From NCBI GenBank assembly GCA_001771135.1, contig MESW01000002.1, positions 69,315-133,314 of the forward strand: DNA of 64,000 nt, read 5' to 3'. Positions within the stretch are counted from its first letter, which is position 1. Each line of letters begins with the position of its first letter. A program made the translations under genes and the position numbers. Origin of the DNA: a candidate division CPR3 bacterium GWF2_35_18 (lineage in GTDB: Bacteria; Patescibacteriota; CPR3; GWF2-35-18). Positions 1-8,928 of the stretch are shown piece by piece. The notes under the pieces are model-generated. The model searched no databases. It saw only the letters and a list, made by a program, of their open reading frames with translations, and was not told the origin of the DNA.

Positions 1-122
1 ATTAACTCATTTACTACAATGCAAACTTATCAATTTATTTGTCAAACAGGTGCATTCTTATAAGTTCATTTTTTAATGAATTTCTAAACTCCTTCATATG
101 GTGATTTAAATTATGATAGAAT

Positions 123-1346
123 TTGTTTATGAGGATTTTGCAGATCAACAAATTCTTTTATCCCAAAGGGGGATCGGAAACTTATTATTTCTCTCTATGT
201 AATCTCTTAGAGAAACATAAACACGATGTGGTTCACTTTTCCATGCAGGACAATAAGAATGAAAACTCTCCGTACAAAGATTATTTTGTTTCCCATCTTA
301 ATATTACCAAGCCACAAGTTAATCTAAGCTCAATTGGGCAGATTTCTCGTTTAATTTGGTCAAATGAAGCTCAAAAAAAGCTAGAACAATTACTTACTAA
401 GGAAAAAATTGATATTGCGCATCTTCACAATATCGATCGTCATCTTACGCCATCAATCATTCCAGTCTTAAAGAAACACAAAATTCCGGTTGTAATGACA
501 TTACATGATTATAAAATTATCTGCCCCAATTCCTTACTTTTTGCAAATGGCGAAATTTGTGAAAGATGTAAAGGAAGAAAGTTTTATAGTCCATTTCCCC
601 AAAAATGTATCAAACAGTCTCGTTCTATATCATTGATTGGATCGTTTGAAGCCTATTACCATCTTTGGAGGAAGGTTTGGAAGAAAGTTGATCTTTTTAT
701 CTCGCCAAGCCAGTTTTTAAAGCAAAAAATGCAGGAATTTGGTGTTAGTCAAGAAAAAATTACTTATTTACCTCTTTTTCTTGAGGGAAAAGCAAAAAAG
801 ATTACTAAATCAACATCAAAAGGGTATTTCCTCTATTTTGGACGTTTAAGCCCGGAAAAAGGGGTAAAAACTTTAATGGAGGTATTTTCCAAGCTGCCCC
901 AAAAAACTTTAAAAATTGCCGGTTCTGGACCTCAAGAAGAGGAATTAAAAATGATTGCTAAGGATTCAAAAAACATTGAGTTTTTAGGTTTTCAAGATAA
1001 AAAAGCCATAAAAAGATTATTAACTGGCGCTAAAGGAGTAATTATTTCTTCGATCTGGTTTGAGAATGCTCCTTATACGATTATGGAGGCGATGTGGCAA
1101 GGTAAAGTGGTCTTAGGAAGTAGAGTGGGTGGAATTCCAGAACTTATTGATGATCAAAAAAGTGGTTTATTATTTAATCCTTCAAATATTCAAGACCTAA
1201 TGAGTAAAATAGAATTTCTAGAGAAATATCCCGCGAAATTAGTATCCTTTGGAAGTGAGGCTAAAAAGAGGGCAGAAGCGTTATTTAATGAAGAGGATCA
1301 TTACCAAAGATTAATTCAGATCTATCAAAAAGTAAGTTCTACTTAA
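123..1346 (+). CDS. Glycosyltransferase, GT4 family (GT-B fold); convergent with the minus-strand glycan operon
   Basis: 407-aa ORF. C-terminal GT1/GT4 donor-binding region (..FGRLSPEKG.., EFLGF, E..GIP..E) is typical of group-1 glycosyltransferases. Confidence 0.8.
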   Translation: MFMRILQINKFFYPKGGSETYYFSLCNLLEKHKHDVVHFSMQDNKNENSPYKDYFVSHLNITKPQVNLSSIGQISRLIWSNEAQKKLEQLLTKEKIDIAHLHNIDRHLTPSIIPVLKKHKIPVVMTLHDYKIICPNSLLFANGEICERCKGRKFYSPFPQKCIKQSRSISLIGSFEAYYHLWRKVWKKVDLFISPSQFLKQKMQEFGVSQEKITYLPLFLEGKAKKITKSTSKGYFLYFGRLSPEKGVKTLMEVFSKLPQKTLKIAGSGPQEEELKMIAKDSKNIEFLGFQDKKAIKRLLTGAKGVIISSIWFENAPYTIMEAMWQGKVVLGSRVGGIPELIDDQKSGLLFNPSNIQDLMSKIEFLEKYPAKLVSFGSEAKKRAEALFNEEDHYQRLIQIYQKVSST

Positions 1347-1584
1347 TTTCTTTTACGCTAATAGACTGTGAAGGGCAAAACTGCTGCGTTTCTTTGAGGA
1401 TTGAATAATCTTCATCGTCTACTTCAGTAGTTAGTTCGTACACTTTAGTTTTTTTATTTAGACTGCCACCAATTAGTTGTGATTTGGTGTCATCTCCCAT
1501 TTGCCAATATTTTGTTGTTAGAGTGGCACAAGTTCCAGTACCGATACAAGTTTCATGGTTGAAGGTAACTTTTACTTTTTTCAT
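1339..1584 (-). CDS. Small single-cluster ferredoxin-like protein (Pyrococcus-type), probable electron donor for the adjacent radical SAM enzyme
   Basis: 81 aa. Motif ETCIGTGTC...FCP, compared with the classical CIGCGTC...CP of the ferredoxin at 30806. The second Cys is replaced by Thr, as Asp replaces it in P. furiosus Fd. Lies 10 nt downstream of the rSAM gene on the same strand. Confidence 0.55.
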   Translation of the reverse strand: MKKVKVTFNHETCIGTGTCATLTTKYWQMGDDTKSQLIGGSLNKKTKVYELTTEVDDEDYSILKETQQFCPSQSISVKEIK

Positions 1585-1594
1585 AAGATACTCC

Positions 1595-2608
1595 TTATTT
1601 TAGTACTTTTTGTCCCAAGTGTACCTTGAGTTTATTTTTTATTGCCCAAAGTAAAACATTCCATTTATTTGCTTCAAAAGAGCCGCGTAGGGTACAGATC
1701 ATCCATGCCTCATAAGGATTATTTTTACAGGTGGTTTGTCTGGCTTTCTCAGCTTCCTGCGAATTGACGATATCGTTGATATTTTGGTTTTTAATATTAC
1801 CAATTTCATGATTAACATAATCGGCCGGATAAACTTGTCCTTTAGGGGATACAAATACAGAGTCTTTTCCTGAGCCTTCCGGTAAAACTCTTTCGTTATA
1901 GCGGAAAAATCTCCAGGCACCATAGTCAAAATAGGCTCTTGCCCAACGTTTTACAGAGAAAGATTTAAGCTCTTTATCAATAAGATATTCAAGTTGAGAG
2001 CGGAGATTATCAAAATTTTTGATTTTATTGTCGGTTTTTTTGAAGAAGATTTCCGAGTTTTGAGCGAGAGCTAGAGAAAGCTCAATTTTCAAATCGCGGG
2101 TTAAGTTATAAATTCTTTCTGCTTCTCCAGGGTTTTCATCCAGAATCGTGTGTCCAATACCCAGATTCTTGACGCCAATTTCTTGTAATGCCTTGATAGT
2201 GGCAATACATTTATCAAAAGCGTGTGGAATTCCGCGGGTTTGTTCATGCTTTTCGTACATACCATCGATAGAAACACGGATACCAATCTGAGGATAAAAG
2301 GTTAGAATTTCTTCAACGCGGCGACTAATGAAATCAGTCAAAAAACCGTTTGTAGAGATGATTATTTGAGCCTTTGGTGAATATTTTCTGATTTGACGGA
2401 CTATTTCTACAATATCGGGTCGTAAAAAAGGTTCTCCTCCGGTAACGTTCACGTATTTTGCCGTTGAAGGAAGATTTTTTAAGTCTTGCGTAGTAAACTC
2501 TCCTTCATGATCACGCTCTTTCCAAATATTACACATGATACAGCGGGAGTTGCATTTATAGGTGATAGCTAAAACGACATCCACAACTTCATATTGTTGA
2601 TTTGACAT
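1595..2608 (-). CDS. Radical SAM enzyme (CxxxCxxC, TNG motif, C-terminal extra Cys pair; possibly SPASM/twitch-like) inside a glycan locus
   Basis: 337 aa. N-terminal YKCNSRCIMCNIW matches the radical-SAM Cx3Cx2C motif. Also has GGEP and ISTNGFL motifs and a C-terminal CKNNPYEAWMIC. Confidence 0.85.
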   Translation of the reverse strand: MSNQQYEVVDVVLAITYKCNSRCIMCNIWKERDHEGEFTTQDLKNLPSTAKYVNVTGGEPFLRPDIVEIVRQIRKYSPKAQIIISTNGFLTDFISRRVEEILTFYPQIGIRVSIDGMYEKHEQTRGIPHAFDKCIATIKALQEIGVKNLGIGHTILDENPGEAERIYNLTRDLKIELSLALAQNSEIFFKKTDNKIKNFDNLRSQLEYLIDKELKSFSVKRWARAYFDYGAWRFFRYNERVLPEGSGKDSVFVSPKGQVYPADYVNHEIGNIKNQNINDIVNSQEAEKARQTTCKNNPYEAWMICTLRGSFEANKWNVLLWAIKNKLKVHLGQKVLK

Positions 2609-2752
2609 TATTAATTTCTCCTTTCTTTTTTATACCTGAATTATTACAATTTGTAAATTACGATATTTTAATTCTGGTTATACCTAAACTTCATTTTTTT
2701 ATTCAGGAAGTTTGGTGTATCTCATGGATTGCATCTTATAGGCAATATTGTT

Positions 2753-3949
2753 TTAAATTCTATTTACAGAAAAAAGCTCAAAAGATGGTCCAAATGAATA
2801 TTCAGAAGGTTTTTTATTGTTATTGTGATAATAAATTTTGAAAGTTTTCCTGACTATTTTATCCCAATGATATTGTTTTACAATCTCTTTTTGTTTTTCT
2901 AATCCCAATTTTTTGATTTTTCTTTCATGAAAAGTTGCGTATTTTAATTTTTTCTTCAGATCAAGGACATTCTTATTTTCAAAATTAAAACTATTCTTTC
3001 CAGTTACTTCAAGGTTTGCTGGAATATCTGAAGTTAAAACCGGTATTCCATAAGAGATTGCTTCCAGCACTGTTAGAGCCATACCTTCAGATTCTGAAGG
3101 TTGGATGTATAAATAAGCATTACTGAAAAGTTCGGTTAGAATTTTCCCTGTTTGATAACCGGTAAAAACGATGTTCGCGTTACCATAAGAGAGTGCTTTC
3201 AGCTCTTGGACATAATCATCCGTAAAAGCGCTGTCACCAACAATAACTAACTTTTTATCCTTTTTAGATACTTTTGGGTATAATTTTTGATAGGCCTCAA
3301 TTAGATAATGTATTCCTTTGTGTCTAACGAGCCTTCCTACTGTGAGGAAATAGGAATTCTTTTTTAATCCAAATTTATCTAAAAATAAGGCTTTAACATC
3401 AGGTTCTGTATAGTTTATTCCATTCGGGATAAAGGTGACTTTTTTGTGATACCTTTTTTCTAAATAGTGCTGCATATTTTGTGAAACCACAATTACTTCA
3501 TGGGGAAAAGTTAGACAAGCAATTTCACCTAGCTTCAGCATTGTTCTTGCAAAAAATCCCCATTTTTGATGTTCATAGTCAGCACAATGGTAGGTTGCAA
3601 TTATTCTTGTTTTTGGCTTGAAAATTCTAGGAATAAAAGAAAGAAGTGTTGGACCAATTCCTTGGTAATGAATTACATCATAATCTTTTGTTAGTGCATG
3701 CAGAGTAGAGAATAGTACATGCGTTATGGTATCTAAATGTTTAGTTTTAACTGAGGGAATAAAAACTTGTTTTAAATTTTGATTTTTTATTTTTAATTTC
3801 TGACTTTTTTCTACATACCATTTACGACAATAAATATAAACCTCATTTTCAGGGTTTTTTGTGAGTCTTTTGCCTAGCTCTTCTACATGACGTTCAACAC
3901 CACCATAAGAAGCAGGTATTCCTTTTTGTCCAATATAAGCAATTTTCAT
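2753..3949 (-). CDS. Glycosyltransferase (DUF1972-like N-terminus + GT4 C-terminus)
   Basis: 398 aa. N-terminus MKIAYIGQKGIPASYGGVERHVEELG, C-terminus E(A)ISYGIPVL. Paralog of the next gene. Confidence 0.8.
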   Translation of the reverse strand: MKIAYIGQKGIPASYGGVERHVEELGKRLTKNPENEVYIYCRKWYVEKSQKLKIKNQNLKQVFIPSVKTKHLDTITHVLFSTLHALTKDYDVIHYQGIGPTLLSFIPRIFKPKTRIIATYHCADYEHQKWGFFARTMLKLGEIACLTFPHEVIVVSQNMQHYLEKRYHKKVTFIPNGINYTEPDVKALFLDKFGLKKNSYFLTVGRLVRHKGIHYLIEAYQKLYPKVSKKDKKLVIVGDSAFTDDYVQELKALSYGNANIVFTGYQTGKILTELFSNAYLYIQPSESEGMALTVLEAISYGIPVLTSDIPANLEVTGKNSFNFENKNVLDLKKKLKYATFHERKIKKLGLEKQKEIVKQYHWDKIVRKTFKIYYHNNNKKPSEYSFGPSFELFSVNRI

Positions 3950-4236
3950 GACTATTTTTAGGAAGGAAAAGCGAATGGACAGCCTCTTTTCCTTAATCTT
4001 CTCCTTTTATTCTTCTCTCTATTATTGATGTTTTTTAAGGTTATTATGCTTTATAATTGTCGTAACCTATAGAAAACGTTCAAGTATATCTTATAATTAG
4101 TGTGTTGTCAAACCTATAGTTATAAAATACTCCTTATGAAATAAGCTTCATTTTTTGCCATAAAATAGCTTTAGATTGCAATAGTTTGAAATTTAATTGT
4201 GAGTAATAGAAATTAGAATGCTGATATGTAGGGAAT

Positions 4237-5472
4237 TTAGAGCATATTTGTATAGTATTGCTCAGTAAGATCTGCTATTTTATCCCAATGGTGAGTTGCG
4301 AATTCTTTAGGATGTAGATTTTTGGGATTATGATGATAAAGATTTTCATAAAACTCATCAGTCTTTTCTACTATTTGATCCCAAGAATACTTCTTTCGTA
4401 CATATAGACGAGCTTTTTCTCCGGTTTCTTTAATTAATTTAGGTTTGTGTAATAAGTTCACAAGTTTCTCTTTTAAATCGTCCACATTTCCTACTTTAAA
4501 TGAAAAACCAAAATCAGAAAGCGGCTCTAGGTTTTCAGGGATGTTTGAAGCAAGTACGCAATTGCTGTAGGCCATGGCTTCCAGAACTGCAATAGGAAGA
4601 CCTTCTGCTGCTGAAGGATGAACATATAGGTAAGTATTAGAAAAAAGCTCCGCGAGAGTTTCTCCCGTTTGAAATCCTGTAAAGATGATATTGGGATCTT
4701 CCTTTGCAAGGTTCTTTAAGTAATCCTCATATTGTCCACTTCCATCTGCTTTTCCTCCGACAATGACTAGTTTTGGATTTGTTTTATTTGGTTTTGGAAA
4801 TAAGAGTTGATATGCCTTGATCAAAGTATGAATATTTTTATGTTTTACTAATCTTGCTACTGTTAAGATATATTTATCTTTTTCTAAACCCCAATCTTTA
4901 ATGTTTTTAGCTTTTTCTTTAGTGAATAGGGGAACTCCATTTGGAATATAGGTAATCTTTTTGTGGTATTTTTCTCTTACATATTCTTGAATAGTTTTAC
5001 TAACGGCTATTGTTCCATTGGGTATTTTGACGCAGACATGTTCTCCAAATTTTAAATAGCTACGGGCTAAAAAACTCCATTTTTGGTGTTCGTAATCTTT
5101 GCAATGGAATGTTGCTACAATCCGACTTTTGGTTTTTAGTAACTTAGGGATAAATAGTAGGGAAGAAGGACCAATTCCATGATAATGTATTACATCAGCC
5201 TTTCGAGTTAAAACATTCATTGTTGCCGTAAAAGTACTTGTTATCGCATCAAGGTTTTTAGTATTTATTGAAGGATTATTTAATAATTTTATCTTTTGAT
5301 ATGTTTTGGGAACTTTTTTGTTTTGAAAAACCAAGTTTTGATACCAAGGGCGGCAGTACACATAGACTTCATGTCCTTTTTTAGCAAGTCGAGAAGCTAG
5401 TTGCTCAACATGATGTTCTACGCCTCCGTAGGAAGCAGGAATTCCCTTTTGTCCAATAAAATAGATTCGCAT
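4237..5472 (-). CDS. Glycosyltransferase (DUF1972-like + GT4), tandem paralog of 2753-3949
   Basis: 411 aa. N-terminus MRIYFIGQKGIPASYGGVEHHVEQL. Collinear similarity to the previous protein throughout. Confidence 0.8.
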   Translation of the reverse strand: MRIYFIGQKGIPASYGGVEHHVEQLASRLAKKGHEVYVYCRPWYQNLVFQNKKVPKTYQKIKLLNNPSINTKNLDAITSTFTATMNVLTRKADVIHYHGIGPSSLLFIPKLLKTKSRIVATFHCKDYEHQKWSFLARSYLKFGEHVCVKIPNGTIAVSKTIQEYVREKYHKKITYIPNGVPLFTKEKAKNIKDWGLEKDKYILTVARLVKHKNIHTLIKAYQLLFPKPNKTNPKLVIVGGKADGSGQYEDYLKNLAKEDPNIIFTGFQTGETLAELFSNTYLYVHPSAAEGLPIAVLEAMAYSNCVLASNIPENLEPLSDFGFSFKVGNVDDLKEKLVNLLHKPKLIKETGEKARLYVRKKYSWDQIVEKTDEFYENLYHHNPKNLHPKEFATHHWDKIADLTEQYYTNML

Positions 5473-5492
5473 GGGATATAAATGATTACTTC

Positions 5493-6848
5493 TTAATTTT
5501 TCGTTTTGTGTTCACTGTATCGGTAATAATGACTCTTTTTATCACCATTCGGTTTTTTGTTATTGAGAATTGTCCCAATAATCTCTCCACCTACCTTTTT
5601 GATTGCTTCAACGGCCTTTTGTGCATTAGTACGAGTGGTCTTCCCGGATTCAACTACTAATATAGCTCCATCAACCATGGAAGAAATAATTGCGGCATCA
5701 GTAATTAAACCAATTGGTGGGGTGTCGAAAATAATAGTATGGAATTTAGCTTCCTTTAGTCTTTCAATTAAATGATACATTTTGGTTGAACCTAACCATT
5801 CTGCGGGATTAGGGAGAAAAGATCCAGAGGTAATTAAAGATAATCCATTTATTTGAGTTGATTCCCAAATGGTTTTAGGGAGATCATTTTTGGTTAAGAC
5901 ATCAGTTAATCCAAAGTTATTTTCAACTTTAAAAATATCATGTTGCGTAGGACGGTGTAAATCGGCATCAATTAAAATGGTTTTATAACCAGCTTGAGCC
6001 ATAATTACCGCTAGATTAGCCGTAATTTGCGACTTTCCTTCAGATGGTCCGGAAGAGGTAACAACAAATGCTTTTGTGGGTTTGTCAGGTTGTGAAAATT
6101 GTACATTAGTTCTTATTTCTCTAAAGGATTCCACAATTGGGTCATGTGGATCGGTTGTGGTTATTAAATTTCCTGCACGACGGTGGACTTCTTTGATATA
6201 AGAAACCGTTCCCAGATGAGGCAGGTTTAGATATTCTTTTATATCAAATTCATCTTTGAATGTATCATCCAAATATTCAATCAGGAAAATGATTCCAATG
6301 ATTGAAATGAAACTGAGAATAAAAGCTAAAGAGATTGAGAGTGCTTTTTTAGGGGAATCTGGTTTTTCTGATGGAAAAGCCTTTTCTACAGTTGCAATTG
6401 TATTATAACTTTGTTTATCACCTTGAAGCTTTATTACCTCTTCAGAAAATTTTTGAGCGATAGTATCAGCAATCTGTGCCGCTATTTCAGCATCTTTTGC
6501 TTTTACGGATATTGTGATAAGTTGAGTGTCTCTAACTAATTGGACGTCAACTTTTTTTAGAAGTTCTTCATAATCTGTATCAAGATTTACTTCTTTTATT
6601 ACAGACTCTAATACGGTTCTTTTAGAAATAACCTCAGCATATGTTTTTGCTAGTCTTTCGGATGTCATAATATCGTTTAGGTTAATTGTTTCGGTACTAG
6701 CAAGGTTAACCATGACAGTTGTAGAAGATTTGTAGGTAGGAGGAATCATGAAAACTAAAGCTGTTGTTGTCGCCGTAGCGAAAATCACAAATAGGACGAT
6801 GATGAATAAATATCGTTTAATGATAAAGAGGTAATTTTTAATATCCAT
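5493..6848 (-). CDS. Fused Wzc-like polysaccharide co-polymerase / bacterial tyrosine (BY) autokinase
   Basis: 451 aa. Two TM segments flank a Wzz-like periplasmic domain. Cytoplasmic Walker A VVTSSGPSEGKS, Walker A' ILIDADLHRP, DTPP, Walker B, and a C-terminal Tyr cluster (SHYYRYSEH). Confidence 0.8.
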   Translation of the reverse strand: MDIKNYLFIIKRYLFIIVLFVIFATATTTALVFMIPPTYKSSTTVMVNLASTETINLNDIMTSERLAKTYAEVISKRTVLESVIKEVNLDTDYEELLKKVDVQLVRDTQLITISVKAKDAEIAAQIADTIAQKFSEEVIKLQGDKQSYNTIATVEKAFPSEKPDSPKKALSISLAFILSFISIIGIIFLIEYLDDTFKDEFDIKEYLNLPHLGTVSYIKEVHRRAGNLITTTDPHDPIVESFREIRTNVQFSQPDKPTKAFVVTSSGPSEGKSQITANLAVIMAQAGYKTILIDADLHRPTQHDIFKVENNFGLTDVLTKNDLPKTIWESTQINGLSLITSGSFLPNPAEWLGSTKMYHLIERLKEAKFHTIIFDTPPIGLITDAAIISSMVDGAILVVESGKTTRTNAQKAVEAIKKVGGEIIGTILNNKKPNGDKKSHYYRYSEHKTKN

Positions 6849-6863
6849 GGCAGTAAAATGTTT

Positions 6864-7571
6864 TTAAAATGAACTATCATTTAAAATATTAGCACAGTTA
6901 GTTTGAGACAGCAATTGCCATTTTGTTAAGCCAATCAAAGATTTAATTTTAGACTCAACTTTGGTTAACGGATAAAAACGGTTTTGACTATTATGAGAAT
7001 CACTTCCAATTAGATCATAGTAACCATTTTTTAAGAATAATTCAGCCTGGTTTGTAATTTTTCTGTTATTTTCGATTAAAGAAACACTAGTTAATTGAAA
7101 GAGAACACCGAGTGATTTAATTTTTTTCACCATATCTAAATTGTATAAACAAGGATACCTTTCTGGATGGGCTAAAATTGGGCGAAGGTTATTTTTTAAA
7201 AGATATTCAAGCTGTGAGATTGTTTCTGTGGTTATGTCCGGATAAACATCTACAAGTAGATATCTGGAATTATTCAGGCTTTGAAATTGTTCTAATGGTT
7301 TTTGTTCAAAAATATAATCAGTTAATCTTACCTCTGATCCAGGATATACTTTAATATCCCATTTAAGTTCTTTTAGAGCATTGTTCAAGATCTTTATTTT
7401 ATCTTGAATTTCCTTTTTTGTGGGTTCCCAATAACCTTTCCAGAAGTGTGGTGTTGTAATAATATTTTTATAACCCGTTTGAACAAAAGCTTTTGCTAGA
7501 CTTAAACTTTCTGGAAAGTCTTGCGGGCCATCATCTATTTGAGGCAGTATGTGAACGTGAGTTTCAATCAT
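6864..7571 (-). CDS. CpsB/YwqE-type PHP-family protein-tyrosine phosphatase
   Basis: 235 aa. N-terminus MIETHVHILPQIDDGP..TPHF and downstream His/Asp metal ligands typical of Mn-dependent CpsB phosphatases. Confidence 0.8.
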   Translation of the reverse strand: MIETHVHILPQIDDGPQDFPESLSLAKAFVQTGYKNIITTPHFWKGYWEPTKKEIQDKIKILNNALKELKWDIKVYPGSEVRLTDYIFEQKPLEQFQSLNNSRYLLVDVYPDITTETISQLEYLLKNNLRPILAHPERYPCLYNLDMVKKIKSLGVLFQLTSVSLIENNRKITNQAELFLKNGYYDLIGSDSHNSQNRFYPLTKVESKIKSLIGLTKWQLLSQTNCANILNDSSF

Positions 7572-7587
7572 CTGGTTATAAAAATTA

Positions 7588-8268
7588 CTATTCTTCCATT
7601 TTCGCAGTTATAATCAGTCTTTTCAAGCTTGTTCCAGGAGGATAGCAGGTTTGAAGAGTGATTACCGGTTCGGCAAAATCTCTTGTTAAAGGTTCGATAT
7701 TAGTTGGATCAACAATGTCTTTACTATCAACGATATAGTTGTATCTGGTTCCTTTATAAAAGGTGACAATAGAATCTCCTTTTTCTAGTTGATGGAGTAG
7801 AGTAAAGACAGCATTGTATTTACTAATATTAAGAGGATCAACAGTAGAATGTGCAAATAGATATGCGTTTCCGATTTGCCCGGGGTATTTAGTTCCTTTT
7901 GCATGAGCGACTCCATTTTCCAGTGCTTGCCAATAACCTTCTCTAGTTGAAATATCAATATCAGGCTGAAAGTCAGTATTTAAATTGATCTTTTCGATTA
8001 TTATTCCAAATTCGGTTGATACCGGAGTTACTGACAAGGGTTTTTCTATTGGAATTTTGACAGAATTTGTTGACTCATCGGAGTTTAAATTTGATGATTC
8101 TTGATTATTACTTTTGAATAAGCGATGTAGCTGGTACTCAATTTCGGGTTTAATAATTGGGAAAAATATAAGGAAAAGATAGATAACACCACTAATTATT
8201 AAGAAGTTTGAGATATAAATAAGATATTTTCGATTTAGTTTTAGTTTTGGTTTTTTTTGTTTATTCAT
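7588..8268 (-). CDS. Sortase-family transpeptidase
   Basis: 226 aa. Has an N-terminal TM anchor, conserved His (GNAYLFAHS), catalytic TLxTC (ITLQTCYPP) and downstream Arg (KRLIITA). Confidence 0.7.
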   Translation of the reverse strand: MNKQKKPKLKLNRKYLIYISNFLIISGVIYLFLIFFPIIKPEIEYQLHRLFKSNNQESSNLNSDESTNSVKIPIEKPLSVTPVSTEFGIIIEKINLNTDFQPDIDISTREGYWQALENGVAHAKGTKYPGQIGNAYLFAHSTVDPLNISKYNAVFTLLHQLEKGDSIVTFYKGTRYNYIVDSKDIVDPTNIEPLTRDFAEPVITLQTCYPPGTSLKRLIITAKMEE

Positions 8269-8404
8269 GATTTTATAACCACATACATTTTTATTATTTT
8301 AAATAAGTTGGATATATAATATATACCTGAATTTAGTTCATTTGTAAAAAGAGAGATACTTAAGTAATGAGTAATAGTATATAAAATTTGGTAATAGTCT
8401 AATT

Positions 8405-8432
8405 TTGCAAATCAAATTAATTCGGGTATAAT
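8405..8432 (+). promoter_or_regulatory. Sigma70-like promoter (TTGCAA-16-TATAAT) oriented toward the tRNA-Ile(UAU) region
   Basis: TTGCAA at 8405-8410 and TATAAT at 8427-8432 in an AT-rich intergenic region. Confidence 0.3.
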
Positions 8433-8620
8433 CAAAAAATGAGCTAGCATTATTCTATTAATTTATGTTATACCCAAATAACTCTAAAATGGGTAATACT
8501 CAAATGTATTTGTTGTAAATCTGAGTTTTTTAATATAAATGATTTTTATAGATTAGTAGAAGAATAAAAATCAAGTGGTGCATAGCTTAAATGGGAGAGG
8601 ACTATGTTTATATTGCAAGT

Positions 8621-8660
8621 GGGTGCATAGATTAAGTGGTAGAGCACCAATCTTATATGG
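8621..8660 (+). pseudogene. Truncated 5'-half copy of tRNA-Ile(UAU) (acceptor/D-arm/anticodon arm only)
   Basis: GGGTGCATAGATTAAGTGGTAGAGCACCAATCTTATA closely matches the 5' 37 nt of the intact tRNA at 8666, then diverges. A more degenerate copy lies at about 8577-8600. Confidence 0.5.
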
Positions 8661-8665
8661 TGACT

Positions 8666-8740
8666 GGGCGCATAGCTCAGTGGTAGAGCACCAATCTTAT
8701 AAGTTGGCCGTCCGTGGTTCGAATCCACGTGCGCCCAGCC
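8666..8740 (+). tRNA. tRNA-Ile, anticodon UAU (reads AUA)
   Basis: Manual fold: acceptor GGGCGCA/TGCGCCC, D-arm GCTC-AGTGGTA-GAGC, anticodon stem CCAAT/GTTGG with loop CTTATAA (anticodon TAT), T-arm CGTGG-TTCGAAT-CCACG. Confidence 0.75.
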
Positions 8741-8767
8741 ACCATTAATTTAGAATAAATTTTAAAT

Positions 8768-8806
8768 ATAAGTTGGCCGTCCGTGGTTCGAATCCACGTG
8801 CGCCCA
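8768..8806 (+). repeat. Exact 39-nt direct repeat of the 3' half of tRNA-Ile(UAU) (anticodon stem to acceptor end); att-like remnant
   Basis: ATAAGTTGGCCGTCCGTGGTTCGAATCCACGTGCGCCCA at 8768-8806 is identical to 8699-8737. Confidence 0.7.
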
Positions 8807-8928
8807 CTTGCAATTCACTGAATGTTTTTTATCTCAGTATTCTTTTTTAATTTCAACATATCAACATATATTGAATTCAGATAGTAATTAATATACTATG
8901 GATATAGTTAAGCTTTTCTTTTCTAATT

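Noticed and set aside
2602-2841. 79-aa plus-strand ORF between the rSAM and GT genes
   Set aside because: It overlaps both minus-strand genes' ends and has an implausible Phe/Ile-rich composition. It is an antisense artefact.
8546-8728. 60-aa minus-strand ORF
   Set aside because: It overlaps tRNA-Ile(UAU) and its 5'-half fragment. The tRNA explanation is much stronger.
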